Positions 1 to 9,214 are shown, numbered from the stretch's first letter. The stretch is 32,000 nt of DNA from Vibrio vulnificus CMCP6 (GCF_000039765.1 NC_004460.2:330001-362000); one strand, 5' to 3'. A program made the numbers and translations. The notes: generated from the sequence alone by a model not told the origin.

Positions 1-1095
1 TGGAAACTCGTCTTCAATTTTAAAAAGCAACCACTCTTCTACAGAAGGAATCCAATCGGTCGCAAGCTGCTGGTTATCCGACTGGAGGTAATCCTTACTC
101 GCTTCGGCTAGTTGTCTTAGTCGGCGAGTATCTTCACATAAACGTCGAAACTCATCATAAACTGTTTCCGGTAAGTGCTCAAACTCTCGACGAAAGCCCT
201 CTACCGTTAGTGATAAACTGGCAATCGGAGTGCGAAGTTCATGTGTAAGAATCTGAAGTACCAACATACGACTTCTCAGCTCTTGGCGCTTGCTATTCCA
301 ACGGTACACTGCCCATCCGGCCACCAGCATGATATTGGCAATAACCAATACGATCATAGAGAAACGTAAGATTTGCGAATGGTCTTCTACATCCCAGCAA
401 ATATTTCCTCGCTGAACAAAACAACTTGCGTTATCCGCGCGAACACTTAAGGACAATCCCGCAGTTTCAACGTTGGTAGACCAAACACTCTTGTCGAATA
501 CGTGGTAATAGTCCCCTCGCCTTAGCCAAAGATCATCTTTATCCAAAAACATGATCGAACCAGCAATCAAAGCATTGATGGTTTCATCATCCATTGCTCT
601 CAGACTGCTTAATAGTTCGTTACCTTCCTCATCCATTCGTTCCTTGATGTGCATGAATTTTTTTAGATTTTCATGCTCTTCTGGAAACTTTTGAATGTAG
701 CGAGCGGCGTAAGTCCCGCCACCCGGATGAATCAATGCGGAACGAGAAAACCAGCGAGTATTAAGCTTCACCCCTTTACAAACTGAACGAGTGAAAACTA
801 ATGGCTCCGTGATCAATGGGCTGAGTGGTAGCTTGCCATTGCAGGTTTTGGACAGTTGATACAGTTGTTGTATGTCTTTCAGTGGGTAATTCGCCGTTTG
901 TGGCAGCATTGAGTCAGGCGAAAGAAGTTTAGTAGGGAATGACGACTGTAAATCGCGGATGTCGTATGTTTTGCTTGCGGAATCATAATCAAATAACTCT
1001 GTGAAAAAATCAATGCGCTCCGGCAACGAGTCTGCCAGAGCACTGGGTACTAGGTTCACAGAAAGCAGCAATGATAAGCAGAGTTTTTTAATCAA
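1..1095 (-). CDS. Sensor histidine kinase, N-terminal 365 codons; the 3' part lies beyond the left edge of the window
   Basis: The reverse frame is open from nt 1 to 1095 with no stop, so it is absent from the ORF track because it is truncated. My translation gives a signal-like N-terminus (M)IKKLCLSLLLSVNLVPSALA, a roughly 240-aa extracytoplasmic region, a TM segment FSMIVLVIANIMLVAGWAVY, and then the H-box LQILTHELRTPIASLSL. The start is uncertain (TTG at 1095 or TTG at 1128) and no clear SD is present. Confidence 0.8.
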   Translation of the reverse strand, partial: MIKKLCLSLLLSVNLVPSALADSLPERIDFFTELFDYDSASKTYDIRDLQSSFPTKLLSPDSMLPQTANYPLKDIQQLYQLSKTCNGKLPLSPLITEPLVFTRSVCKGVKLNTRWFSRSALIHPGGGTYAARYIQKFPEEHENLKKFMHIKERMDEEGNELLSSLRAMDDETINALIAGSIMFLDKDDLWLRRGDYYHVFDKSVWSTNVETAGLSLSVRADNASCFVQRGNICWDVEDHSQILRFSMIVLVIANIMLVAGWAVYRWNSKRQELRSRMLVLQILTHELRTPIASLSLTVEGFRREFEHLPETVYDEFRRLCEDTRRLRQLAEASKDYLQSDNQQLATDWIPSVEEWLLFKIEDEFP

Positions 1096-1188
1096 AACAT
1101 TGTACGACGTCGTTATTATTGCCCCCAATATACAACATATTCATGAAAGTTTACATTTGTGGGATTCGGTATTTGATTGGATCGATTA

Positions 1189-1223
1189 GAAAAACAACAA
1201 AAAGGCCAGCTTTTCAGCTGGCC
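1189..1223 (-). terminator. Rho-independent terminator downstream of pntB
   Basis: The stem GGCCAGCT (1204-1211) pairs with AGCTGGCC (1216-1223) across a 4-nt loop. On the minus strand the hairpin is followed by TTTTTGTTGTTTTT (plus-strand A-run 1189-1203). Confidence 0.75.
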
Positions 1224-1240
1224 TTCGTCTTTTAGGTAAA

Positions 1241-2635
1241 TTATAACGCTTTTGAAATCGCATCCACGCTATCTTTGGCATCACCAAAGAGCATTGATGT
1301 GTTCTCTTTAAAGAACAATGGGTTCTGAACTCCAGCGTAGCCAGTATTCATTGAACGTTTGAAAACAATAACGTTTTTTGCATGCCAAACTTCCAATACT
1401 GGCATGCCGGCGATTGGGCTGTTTGGATCTTCTAGCGCAGCTGGGTTAACGGTGTCATTCGCACCAATAACCAACACGGTATCCGTGTCTGAGAAGTCGT
1501 CATTGATCTCATCCATTTCCAGAACGATGTCATAAGGCACTTTTGCTTCAGCGAGCAGCACGTTCATGTGACCTGGTAGACGACCCGCTACTGGGTGAAT
1601 ACCGAAACGAACATTCACACCTTGCGCACGCAGTTTTTCTGTGATCTCGTGAACTGGGTATTGAGCTTGTGCTACTGCCATGCCATATCCAGGAGTGATG
1701 ATGACTGACTTGGAGTTTTTCAGCATATCCGCTACATCTTCTGCATTGATTTCACGATGCTCACCATACTCTTCATCACCGGAAATCACGACTTCCTGGC
1801 CAAAGCCACCGGCGATAACGCTGATAAACGAGCGGTTCATCGCTTTACACATGATGTACGAAAGAATTGCACCTGAAGAACCAACGAGAGCACCAGTCAC
1901 GATCAACAGATCGTTTGCTAGCATGAAACCTGCCGCGGCAGCTGCCCAACCAGAGTAAGAGTTCAGCATAGAGACCACAACTGGCATATCCGCACCACCG
2001 ATCGATGCCACCAAGTGGTAACCAAATGCGAAAGCAATCAGCGTCATCACAATTAAGGCAAACATACTGCCGTCTGCGTTAACAAAGTGAATCATAAGCA
2101 GAGTCGAAACAACGATAGCTGCGAGATTCATCTTGTGTTTATGAGGCAAGTTAAGTGGCGATGAAGAAATGATACCGCGTAACTTTCCGAATGCGACAAT
2201 CGACCCAGTAAAGGTTACCGCACCAATGAACACGCCCAAAAATACTTCAACTAAGTGAATTACGTGTTCTGCGTGCATTCCCGCTGGGTCAAGAGAGACT
2301 GGCGCAGGTGGTTCAAGATAGCTGTTGTAACCAACCAAAACAGCCGCCATACCCACAAAACTATGTAGAATGGCCACTAATTCTGGCATTTCTGTCATTT
2401 CAACTTTCTTAGCGTAGTGGATACCAATACCACCACCAATCACCATGGCAACAATGACCCAAGCAAAACCTTCCGCACTAGGACTGAAGATGGTTGCAAG
2501 TAGCGCAATTGCCATACCGGCAATGCCGTAGTAGTTCCCTGATCTTGCTGATTCTTGCTTAGATAGACCAGCAAGGCTCAGAATAAAAAATAGTGCAGCA
2601 ACGATATAGGCCGCCTGTACTAATCCTGCAGACAT
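1241..2635 (-). CDS. pntB: NAD(P) transhydrogenase subunit beta (PntB)
   Basis: 464 aa. The N-terminal half is polytopic membrane. The C-terminal soluble NADP(H)-binding domain carries [10 protein letters not shown] and [18 protein letters not shown], which are typical of PntB. It lies directly downstream of pntA with a 13-nt gap. Confidence 0.95.
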   Translation of the reverse strand: MSAGLVQAAYIVAALFFILSLAGLSKQESARSGNYYGIAGMAIALLATIFSPSAEGFAWVIVAMVIGGGIGIHYAKKVEMTEMPELVAILHSFVGMAAVLVGYNSYLEPPAPVSLDPAGMHAEHVIHLVEVFLGVFIGAVTFTGSIVAFGKLRGIISSSPLNLPHKHKMNLAAIVVSTLLMIHFVNADGSMFALIVMTLIAFAFGYHLVASIGGADMPVVVSMLNSYSGWAAAAAGFMLANDLLIVTGALVGSSGAILSYIMCKAMNRSFISVIAGGFGQEVVISGDEEYGEHREINAEDVADMLKNSKSVIITPGYGMAVAQAQYPVHEITEKLRAQGVNVRFGIHPVAGRLPGHMNVLLAEAKVPYDIVLEMDEINDDFSDTDTVLVIGANDTVNPAALEDPNSPIAGMPVLEVWHAKNVIVFKRSMNTGYAGVQNPLFFKENTSMLFGDAKDSVDAISKAL

Positions 2636-2648
2636 TGGTTACTCCCTA

Positions 2649-4205
2649 TTATTTATCTTTGCGGAACATTTCGAGCATGCGTTTGGTTACCGTAAAGCCA
2701 CCAAAAATATTAATGCTCGCGATCAACACAGCAATAAACGCCAAAAACGTCACTGCCCCATTTCCTTGGCCAATCTGTAACAAGGCACCGACAACGATGA
2801 TCCCCGAAATCGCATTGGTTACCGACATCAGCGGAGTGTGAAGTGCGTGTGTGACATTCCATACCACGTAGTACCCCACAACACACGCTAAAACGAATAC
2901 CGTAAAATGTGCGAGGAACGCGGCTGGCGCAACGGATGCAATCCATGCGAATGCACCGACACCCACTGCAAGTCCGGCCAGTTTTTTCACTGGAGAAACG
3001 GGCTCTTGTACTTTTAGTGCTGGCTTTTCAACCGCTTTTGGTTTGGCTTGAGGCTGAGCAGAAACTTGAATTGGTGGCGCAGGCCAGGTGATTTCACCAT
3101 CTTTAACCACCGTGACACCACGTAGTACAACATCTTCGAAATCGATATTGATGTTGCCATCTTTTTCTTTACACAACAGTTTGAAAAGGTTAACTAAGTT
3201 TGTTGCATAAAGTTGTGAAGATTGAGTCGGCAAACGACCAACCATGTCGGTGTAACCGATCACTTTTACGCCGTTAGCCGTCGTGATAACTTGGTTTGCG
3301 ATTGTGTATTCGCAGTTACCACCGTTAGCAGCAGCAAGGTCAACAATCACACTGCCCGCTTTCATGCTATCTACCATTTCCTTGGTAATCAGCTTAGGCG
3401 CTGGCTTACCTGGAATCAGTGCGGTTGTGATAATGATATCAACATCTTTCGCCTGTGCAGCATACAGCTCCGCAGCTTTCTTGTTGAAGTCATCAGACAT
3501 CTCTTTCGCATAACCGTCACCAGAACCAGCAGCTTCTTGGTAATCAACAGAAAGAAACTCTGCACCCATGGATTCCACTTGTTCTTTAACTTCTGGACGA
3601 ACGTCAAAAGCACGAACAATAGCACCTAGGCTACCAGCAGCACCGATAGCAGCCAAACCAGCAACACCCGCACCGGCGACAAACACTTTCGCTGGTGGTA
3701 CCTTACCTGCAGCAGTAATCTGCCCTGTAAAGAAACGCCCAAACTCATGTGCTGCTTCAACAACCGCTCGATAACCGGCGATGTTGGCCATTGAAGACAA
3801 CGCATCCAGTGCCTGAGCACGAGAGATACGTGGCACCGCATCCATAGCCAGCACATTGATGTTCTTACTAGAGAGTTGTTCCATCAACTGAGGGTTTTGA
3901 GCTGGCCAAATAAAGCTAACCAACGTTGCGCCTTCTTTGATCAACGCAATCTCGTCAATGCTTTTCTCTTCATCGATAATTGGCGCATTGACTTTAAGTA
4001 TCAGCTCAGAATTCCAAGCTTCTTCTTTAGAAACCATTTTCGCACCAGCTGATTCATATGCTGAATCATCAAAGCTGGCTAACGCCCCCGCTTGGGTTTC
4101 GACAACAACGTCAAACCCCAATTTAATTAGCTGCTCAACCGAACTTGGCGAAGCAGCGACTCGCGTTTCTCCCGCGAGTAGTTCTCTTGGTACACCAATT
4201 TGCAT
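2649..4205 (-). CDS. pntA: NAD(P) transhydrogenase subunit alpha (PntA)
   Basis: Homology starts at [20 protein letters not shown] (alanine dehydrogenase/PNT N-terminal domain). A Rossmann motif [18 protein letters not shown] and C-terminal TM helices are present. The start is re-set to ATG 4205, preceded by AAGGAATAGCT. The 44-codon extension in the ORF track (to 4337) has no PntA-like sequence. Confidence 0.93.
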   Translation of the reverse strand: MQIGVPRELLAGETRVAASPSSVEQLIKLGFDVVVETQAGALASFDDSAYESAGAKMVSKEEAWNSELILKVNAPIIDEEKSIDEIALIKEGATLVSFIWPAQNPQLMEQLSSKNINVLAMDAVPRISRAQALDALSSMANIAGYRAVVEAAHEFGRFFTGQITAAGKVPPAKVFVAGAGVAGLAAIGAAGSLGAIVRAFDVRPEVKEQVESMGAEFLSVDYQEAAGSGDGYAKEMSDDFNKKAAELYAAQAKDVDIIITTALIPGKPAPKLITKEMVDSMKAGSVIVDLAAANGGNCEYTIANQVITTANGVKVIGYTDMVGRLPTQSSQLYATNLVNLFKLLCKEKDGNINIDFEDVVLRGVTVVKDGEITWPAPPIQVSAQPQAKPKAVEKPALKVQEPVSPVKKLAGLAVGVGAFAWIASVAPAAFLAHFTVFVLACVVGYYVVWNVTHALHTPLMSVTNAISGIIVVGALLQIGQGNGAVTFLAFIAVLIASINIFGGFTVTKRMLEMFRKDK

Positions 4206-4435
4206 AGCTATTCCTTGACTATTGGCCTTGTTAATCATCTTTTTGTATCTAACGCAGGATGCGACTTCAAGTGTTTTGTAGTTAAAATACAAATTTTCAT
4301 TACATATAACCCTATGTAATGAAGGAACTCTACGCACCCCGCGAAATAAAACAACGACATATCAACAAGACAGAGGTCCTACCAGACCTTGAATTATTGG
4401 TTATTTTACAACCACATAGATTAAATTTTTGCGTA

Positions 4436-4475
4436 ACAAACAAAAAGAGCCACCAGCATAAACACTAATGGCTCT
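4436..4475 (-). terminator. Rho-independent terminator downstream of the 93-aa gene
   Basis: The stem AGAGCCA (4446-4452) pairs with TGGCTCT (4469-4475) across a 16-nt loop. It is followed on the minus strand by TTTTTGTTTGTT. Confidence 0.6.
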
Positions 4476-4510
4476 TGTGATGATGACAGGAATCAAAACC
4501 CGAGAAACTT

Positions 4511-4792
4511 TTAGCTAAATATCTCGTCTCTCATCTGGTCAATGAACATTTGCGCCTTTTTGACCATCAACTCGTTTGCATCTGCTTCAGAGGTCAAAAC
4601 ATCCGATCGGATGAATCGATGACTTTTTAGTTCGCCCTCTACCTCTTTTGTAATTCTACCAGCGACGCGATATTGACCGCCTTCTTGTAAACTCTCGGCA
4701 TAAATCAAAAAGCCTTTATGCTCAATTGGCTCAATTTCTTTCTTTGCTTCACTATCTTTTGAAGACCCAAACAGGCGTGAAAATAACCCCAT
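4511..4792 (-). CDS. Small conserved protein (93 aa), resembling the family annotated in databases as 'transcriptional activator HlyU' (a Pfam HlyU-named domain, not the ArsR-type HlyU)
   Basis: The ORF has a strong SD (GAGGAATA-ATG) that overlaps the stop codon of the upstream ComFB-like gene. The N-terminus MGLFSRLFGSS looks like an amphipathic helix. The family assignment is from memory of similar gammaproteobacterial sequences and is unverified. Confidence 0.55.
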   Translation of the reverse strand: MGLFSRLFGSSKDSEAKKEIEPIEHKGFLIYAESLQEGGQYRVAGRITKEVEGELKSHRFIRSDVLTSEADANELMVKKAQMFIDQMRDEIFS

Positions 4793-4798
4793 TATTCC

Positions 4799-5173
4799 TC
4801 ACTCATGTGGTTTGTTGAATTTCAATATCGGTTTCTCAAACCATTCAAGCGGCGCGTTGTCATCGTAATTCACGTGAAAGAAAACCACGGGAATATCGTC
4901 TGAACGATGTTGTCTTCTATCTTCAACGATCATGCTTTCGGCATTTTTAACGGCAACTTCACTGTTGTGTTTGAACTGAACTACCCTCTCTTCAGGTAGT
5001 GCAGATAAAAAATCGATATCAAAGCGGATATAAACAGGTTTGAGTTGCACAAGCGCTAAACACGCTAAATCGGCCAATTGTTCCGACGTGTACTTACTCA
5101 CATACTCATCCTGAGCGAGAACCTGACCAACCAGAGTTTCCATGTAATTATGAACATCGACACTGATTTGCAT
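4799..5173 (-). CDS. ComFB-like (late competence development protein ComFB family) protein, 124 aa
   Basis: The N-terminal pattern VHNYMETLVGQVL...LADLACLALVQLKPVYIRF matches my recollection of the ComFB fold signature (N..E.LV..., ala-LN-L-P-Y). Its TGA stop lies inside the SD of the next gene, which suggests translational coupling. The family call is unverified. Confidence 0.6.
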   Translation of the reverse strand: MQISVDVHNYMETLVGQVLAQDEYVSKYTSEQLADLACLALVQLKPVYIRFDIDFLSALPEERVVQFKHNSEVAVKNAESMIVEDRRQHRSDDIPVVFFHVNYDDNAPLEWFEKPILKFNKPHE

Positions 5174-5379
5174 TAAAGCATCTCCTTGTTTTTATTATGC
5201 TCGGTACATCAACAGTATACGCAGCGGCTTTTTGAAACCAAGCTTTGTCATTCACTTTTACTGTCATTATCAATAAATCACTACTTAAGTTTAGCAAAAG
5301 GCTTGGAAAATCCAGAAATAATCGTATTCTACTAGGTTCTTCATACCCATTCGTTAGTGTTATAGGAAGTCAGCGGTTA

Positions 5380-6624
5380 ATGACGTCTCCGGTAGTTAGT
5401 AGTGCTCAGTTTAAAATCTTCTTTCCCGTCGGTTTACTCGGGATTGTGGCAATGGGGATGGATAACATCATCGTCATGACACAAGCAAACTGGGGGTTGG
5501 CTGCAAACTTGCCTTATATCTTGCTCGGGACCGTTTTTTTACTCTGTAGTGTATTCAAACAAGGCCGCATTGCGATGATCGCAATGGCAATGATCATTAC
5601 CTACTCTGTTATTCAAAACCGCCTGCAAATTCCGTTAAGCAGTGGGAGTGTTTTACTCGAGCTCTCTTTACTTGCTTTCTTACTGCCAGTGGCTTGTTTT
5701 GTCGTCTATCTGTTTAACGCTTCAGGCATGCACAGCAAGTCCATTGCCACTTACGGATTGGTCCTTGGCGTGTTAACAGTTTGGTCTTTCATCTTCCTTA
5801 GCTACTTTCAAGAAGCAGGTTTTGAGCATTGGAATAATGGATTGCTCTTCTCTGTCGCTGCGATTTCAAAATTGCCTCTTTTGCTTGTGGCCTATTGCAC
5901 TGCCATCGTTTTGGCCACGGCGATTTTGGTTCTGAAGCACAATCGCCCTATTGAGGTGTCGATTTATACGTGTTTGCTCTTAGCTTCAACCACCTTTACG
6001 TTTTTTGATGTGAAGTTCATCTCCAGTACCATGTTCACCTTGGCAGGAATTTTGCTGATTATGCATGTGGTCCAGGCCAGTCATGAGCTGGCATTTATCG
6101 ATGTGCTGACACAACTACCAAGCCGCCGCGCGTTAGAAATGGACGTTAAACACTTAGGTCGACGTTTTTCTATCGCCATGATCGATGTGGATCATTTTAA
6201 AAAATTTAACGACACCTATGGGCATGACACTGGCGATGACGTTTTGAAACTTGTTGGCTCTCGCTTGCTCTTAATTAAGGGCGGAGCAAAGGTTTATCGT
6301 TATGGTGGAGAAGAATTTACCGTGGTGTTTAAAGGGAAAACCTCGAAAGAAGTACAAGGTTACCTAGATGACATTCGAGAAGATATTGCGAACTACGATC
6401 TCGTTTTAAGGAATGACACGACACGCCCAAGCAAAGCGAGTGAAGGAAAGAAACGTCGTGGCACTCAAGAAAATACAATGAACACGGTCAATGTAACGGT
6501 CAGTATTGGTGTGTCAGACAGCCGTTCTTCGAAAGATCCAGATACCATTCGTAGCTTGGCAGACGAAGCCTTGTATAAAGCGAAGAAAGCAGGTAGAAAC
6601 CAAGTCATGACGAAGGTCGAATAA
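5380..6624 (+). CDS. Membrane-bound diguanylate cyclase (multi-TM N-terminal domain + GGDEF)
   Basis: The C-terminal GGDEF domain has IDVDHFKKFNDTYGHDTGD and an intact active site RYGGEEF. About 8 hydrophobic segments fill the first ~250 aa. No RxxD I-site lies 5 residues upstream of GGEEF (the sequence there is KGGAKVYRY). The start is re-set from TTG 5245 to ATG 5380 (GGAAG 9 nt upstream); this choice is plausible but not proven. Confidence 0.85.
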   Translation: MTSPVVSSAQFKIFFPVGLLGIVAMGMDNIIVMTQANWGLAANLPYILLGTVFLLCSVFKQGRIAMIAMAMIITYSVIQNRLQIPLSSGSVLLELSLLAFLLPVACFVVYLFNASGMHSKSIATYGLVLGVLTVWSFIFLSYFQEAGFEHWNNGLLFSVAAISKLPLLLVAYCTAIVLATAILVLKHNRPIEVSIYTCLLLASTTFTFFDVKFISSTMFTLAGILLIMHVVQASHELAFIDVLTQLPSRRALEMDVKHLGRRFSIAMIDVDHFKKFNDTYGHDTGDDVLKLVGSRLLLIKGGAKVYRYGGEEFTVVFKGKTSKEVQGYLDDIREDIANYDLVLRNDTTRPSKASEGKKRRGTQENTMNTVNVTVSIGVSDSRSSKDPDTIRSLADEALYKAKKAGRNQVMTKVE

Positions 6625-6675
6625 ATACCGATTTGTCAGACTCTTTCCCTTGCCAAATATTTGAAATTTATGGCG

Positions 6676-7671
6676 TCAATCTTGGTTAAAGAAGAGCACT
6701 AAACTCCCGCCCTTCAGAGCACTACCATAATTAAGGCTTAAGCCGATACCAACATTGTCTACCCACTGCGTTTTGAAAGGCGGTGTCATTAACCATCCGA
6801 CACTCGCTTCATAATAGTGATGCGTACCGAGCGACTCGGAAGTATCGCCTCCAACATCAACCCGATTAAAACTCGTGTAAACAGATTGAACTGCACGTCC
6901 CCACTTTTCGAAGTCGTAGAACATTTTGACACCGTTAACCCAATACCAACCTTCTGGGTTACCAACCTGCCCTCGGTTTGCTTCACCCCAACCTTGGCCA
7001 TAAAAATAATGTGCCGAGCTCCAGTAATACCACTTTCCCCAAGGCTTCATTTGTAAATATTTGGCTTGTACATTAGGCTCAGCGACCAAAGCCCAAGCAT
7101 CGGTATTAACCAAATAACCATCGATGACACTTTTATAATCCGCCAATGCATCGCTGCGATAGGTATAGTCACTTCGGTAATACATTAAATGCGCCCCAAT
7201 GGAGGCATCAAAAGTCCAGTTTTCGCTCAGTTGTCGTGAGTTTGTGTACTCAAGAAATGCGCCAAGCACATACTCGCGATGGCTATCGGACACCCCAACA
7301 TCTGCGATGGAAACGTCTTGTTCAATACCTAGAGCAGATAAACGACCTTGCAGGCTGTGTTTTATTTGGCTGTCGGAATCCTCGTACAAGGCAAACTCAA
7401 ACGGGAGCGTTGATACACCAATTTTTTTGCGCAAATTGACTGAATCGGCACTTCCCAGCTCTTCATTGTCGAGATTTAGCCATTCATTCGGGTCAAAGTC
7501 GTGAAAGCCAACAGTAAAAACATCACTGTCGGTAAGAACAATGGCCGTTGCAAAGTTTCGCTCCAGCTCTTTTTGGATTAGGTCATTGAGCTCTTGGGCA
7601 GACAATGCAAAGGAAGGCAGCAAGATTATGGCAAAAACTGAGGTACTCACAGCAAAAGGAAAACGTAGCAT
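6676..7671 (-). CDS. Outer-membrane beta-barrel protein, possibly the 'solitary autotransporter-like beta-barrel' type
   Basis: The signal peptide MLRFPFAVSTSVFAIILLPSFALSA is followed by a short predicted helix (QELNDLIQKELERNF). After that come about 300 aa of alternating aromatic/hydrophilic beta-strand-like sequence rich in Y/W/G (e.g. YYWSSAHYFYGQGWG). The start ATG 7671 lies 2 nt after the stop of the upstream REC-GGDEF gene. Confidence 0.6.
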   Translation of the reverse strand: MLRFPFAVSTSVFAIILLPSFALSAQELNDLIQKELERNFATAIVLTDSDVFTVGFHDFDPNEWLNLDNEELGSADSVNLRKKIGVSTLPFEFALYEDSDSQIKHSLQGRLSALGIEQDVSIADVGVSDSHREYVLGAFLEYTNSRQLSENWTFDASIGAHLMYYRSDYTYRSDALADYKSVIDGYLVNTDAWALVAEPNVQAKYLQMKPWGKWYYWSSAHYFYGQGWGEANRGQVGNPEGWYWVNGVKMFYDFEKWGRAVQSVYTSFNRVDVGGDTSESLGTHHYYEASVGWLMTPPFKTQWVDNVGIGLSLNYGSALKGGSLVLFFNQD

Positions 7672-7673
7672 AA

Positions 7674-8633
7674 TTAAGATGCTCTGAAAGTCACGTAACG
7701 GTTTTTACCTTCTAACTTGGCTTGATAAAGCGCCTTATCAGCAAACTGATAAATTGTCTGCAGTTCTTCCCTACCATTTGGAATAAAAGTGTAGACACCT
7801 TGTGACAAGGTAACAACATCAGATACAGCAGAAAATGCATGCGGGTAACTGAGGTCCGCAACCGCTTTATGAATTCTTTCCGCTGCTTTAACGGCTTGCT
7901 CTGCATCACTGCCACCAAGTAACACGACAAACTCTTCACCGCCGTAGCGACCGACACAGTCAGCATTACGTTGAAACAAACTCTTAATTGTATTCGCCGT
8001 GGCTTGAAGACATTTGTCCCCTTCAATATGGCCATAGTTGTCGTTAAACAATTTGAAGTTATCGATATCCAAAAGGATGACACTGATTGGTAAACGGTGC
8101 CGTCCGTACCAGCCTAACATTTGCCCCAACTGCTCATCGATATAACGGCGATTGTAAATCTTCGTTAGGCCATCTTCGTTTGCCTGCTGTTGCAATAACG
8201 CATTTAGCTCAGCCAGTTTCGCGGTTTTCTTTTTTAGCTCTCGACGCATATGTGCAATGCGCTGCATCGCGATCAACTTAGAGCTGAGTACCAATTTATC
8301 GACGGGCTTGGTTAAGTAGTCATCTCCCCCGGCTTCTATCGCTTTTGCGATCACTTCAGGTTCTTCATGACTACTGAGGAATATAATGGGTACCCACTCT
8401 TCAAACTGAGTACGAATCGCTTTGGAAACATCAAAGCCATCCATTTCTGGCATACTGATATCAAGCAAAACCAGCTCAGGGTCAAACTCTTCGTACAAGC
8501 GCAATGCTTCTCTACCACTCGAAACCGCCTCGACAATATGCCCAAGCTGTTTCAAGCGAATGGCAAGCTGCATTCTATCGAGTTGCACGTCATCGACCAG
8601 CATAATGCGCATGGATGAGCCAGTTGATATCAT
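7674..8633 (-). CDS. Response-regulator diguanylate cyclase (REC + coiled-coil linker + GGDEF, PleD/WspR-like)
   Basis: The REC domain has MLVDD, the phospho-acceptor context LVLLDISMPEMDG, and a conserved K in YLTKP. The GGDEF domain has LDIDNFKLFNDNYGHIEGD and RYGGEEF, with an RxxD I-site (RNAD) exactly 5 residues upstream. A strong SD (GAGGAAACG) precedes ATG 8633. Confidence 0.9.
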   Translation of the reverse strand: MISTGSSMRIMLVDDVQLDRMQLAIRLKQLGHIVEAVSSGREALRLYEEFDPELVLLDISMPEMDGFDVSKAIRTQFEEWVPIIFLSSHEEPEVIAKAIEAGGDDYLTKPVDKLVLSSKLIAMQRIAHMRRELKKKTAKLAELNALLQQQANEDGLTKIYNRRYIDEQLGQMLGWYGRHRLPISVILLDIDNFKLFNDNYGHIEGDKCLQATANTIKSLFQRNADCVGRYGGEEFVVLLGGSDAEQAVKAAERIHKAVADLSYPHAFSAVSDVVTLSQGVYTFIPNGREELQTIYQFADKALYQAKLEGKNRYVTFRAS

Positions 8634-8717
8634 CGTTTCCTCTATCGGACTTCACATCTGTTACTAAAGGTATATCATATCAACTTGCTGGTTTCATCCA
8701 GCTTATACCGTAATACG

Positions 8718-8745
8718 TTGACTTTTTTGAAGATCACCTTACTAT
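8718..8745 (+). promoter_or_regulatory. Candidate sigma70 promoter for the 8773 gene
   Basis: TTGACT (8718-8723), a 16-nt spacer, then TACTAT (8740-8745), about 28 nt upstream of the ATG. This rests on pattern match only. Confidence 0.3.
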
Positions 8746-8772
8746 TCCGCTTTTTTAAATGAGAGACGTGTC

Positions 8773-9210
8773 ATGTCAGAAGCAAATACTCCAGAAAAAC
8801 AACCCATCGACCTAGCAACGATTTCACCTGAATTACGTCAGGTTATCGAGTTTGACCAGGTTCCAGAAGCAATGTTTGAGATGGTAACGTCTATCCATGA
8901 AGTTTCTGAAGAAGCCGTCCGTGAAGCTTGGGATTCACTACCTGCAAGCGCGCAAAACGTACTAGACAATTTTGAACAGTTCCACGCACTGATCTCTGTA
9001 AGCCAAGCGTTCGCCGGCGTTAACGTGATGGAAGAGTTCCCTACAATGAATCTTCCAGAAGGCATGAGTGAAGAAGAGAAAGATGCCTACCGCGCTCAAC
9101 TGCTAGACCACGTACTCTTTAATTGTGTTAAGGACATGGTAAAACAGCTTAAGAAAGCGCGTCGCGACCCTATTCTGAAACGCGATTTCCGCGACGTATT
9201 CGCTAAGTAA
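8773..9210 (+). CDS. Acidic hypothetical protein, 145 aa
   Basis: A clean ORF with an ATG start, followed by a strong terminator. No motif that I recognise. Confidence 0.6.
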   Translation: MSEANTPEKQPIDLATISPELRQVIEFDQVPEAMFEMVTSIHEVSEEAVREAWDSLPASAQNVLDNFEQFHALISVSQAFAGVNVMEEFPTMNLPEGMSEEEKDAYRAQLLDHVLFNCVKDMVKQLKKARRDPILKRDFRDVFAK

Positions 9211-9214
9211 TGTA

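Noticed and set aside
1001-1189. 62-aa plus-strand ORF from the track
   Set aside because: It lies antisense to the signal-peptide and N-terminal region of the histidine kinase. It has no SD and its composition is not protein-like. The minus-strand reading frame has clear kinase motifs.
2593-4218. Multiple antisense or alternative-frame ORFs within pntA (e.g. 3222-3629, 3568-3774, 3937-4218)
   Set aside because: They are embedded in a strongly supported conserved gene. They are typical shadow ORFs of a moderately GC-balanced coding region, with no SD sites or recognisable motifs.
4206-4337. 44-codon N-terminal extension of pntA in the ORF track
   Set aside because: PntA homology begins at MQIGVPRE (ATG 4205), which has its own SD. 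The extension covers AT-rich promoter-like sequence containing palindromes.
5245-5379. TTG-initiated 45-codon extension of the GGDEF gene
   Set aside because: It uses a non-ATG start with no SD, and the sequence is low-complexity and AT-rich. An internal ATG at 5380 has a GGAAG motif upstream. This remains unproven.
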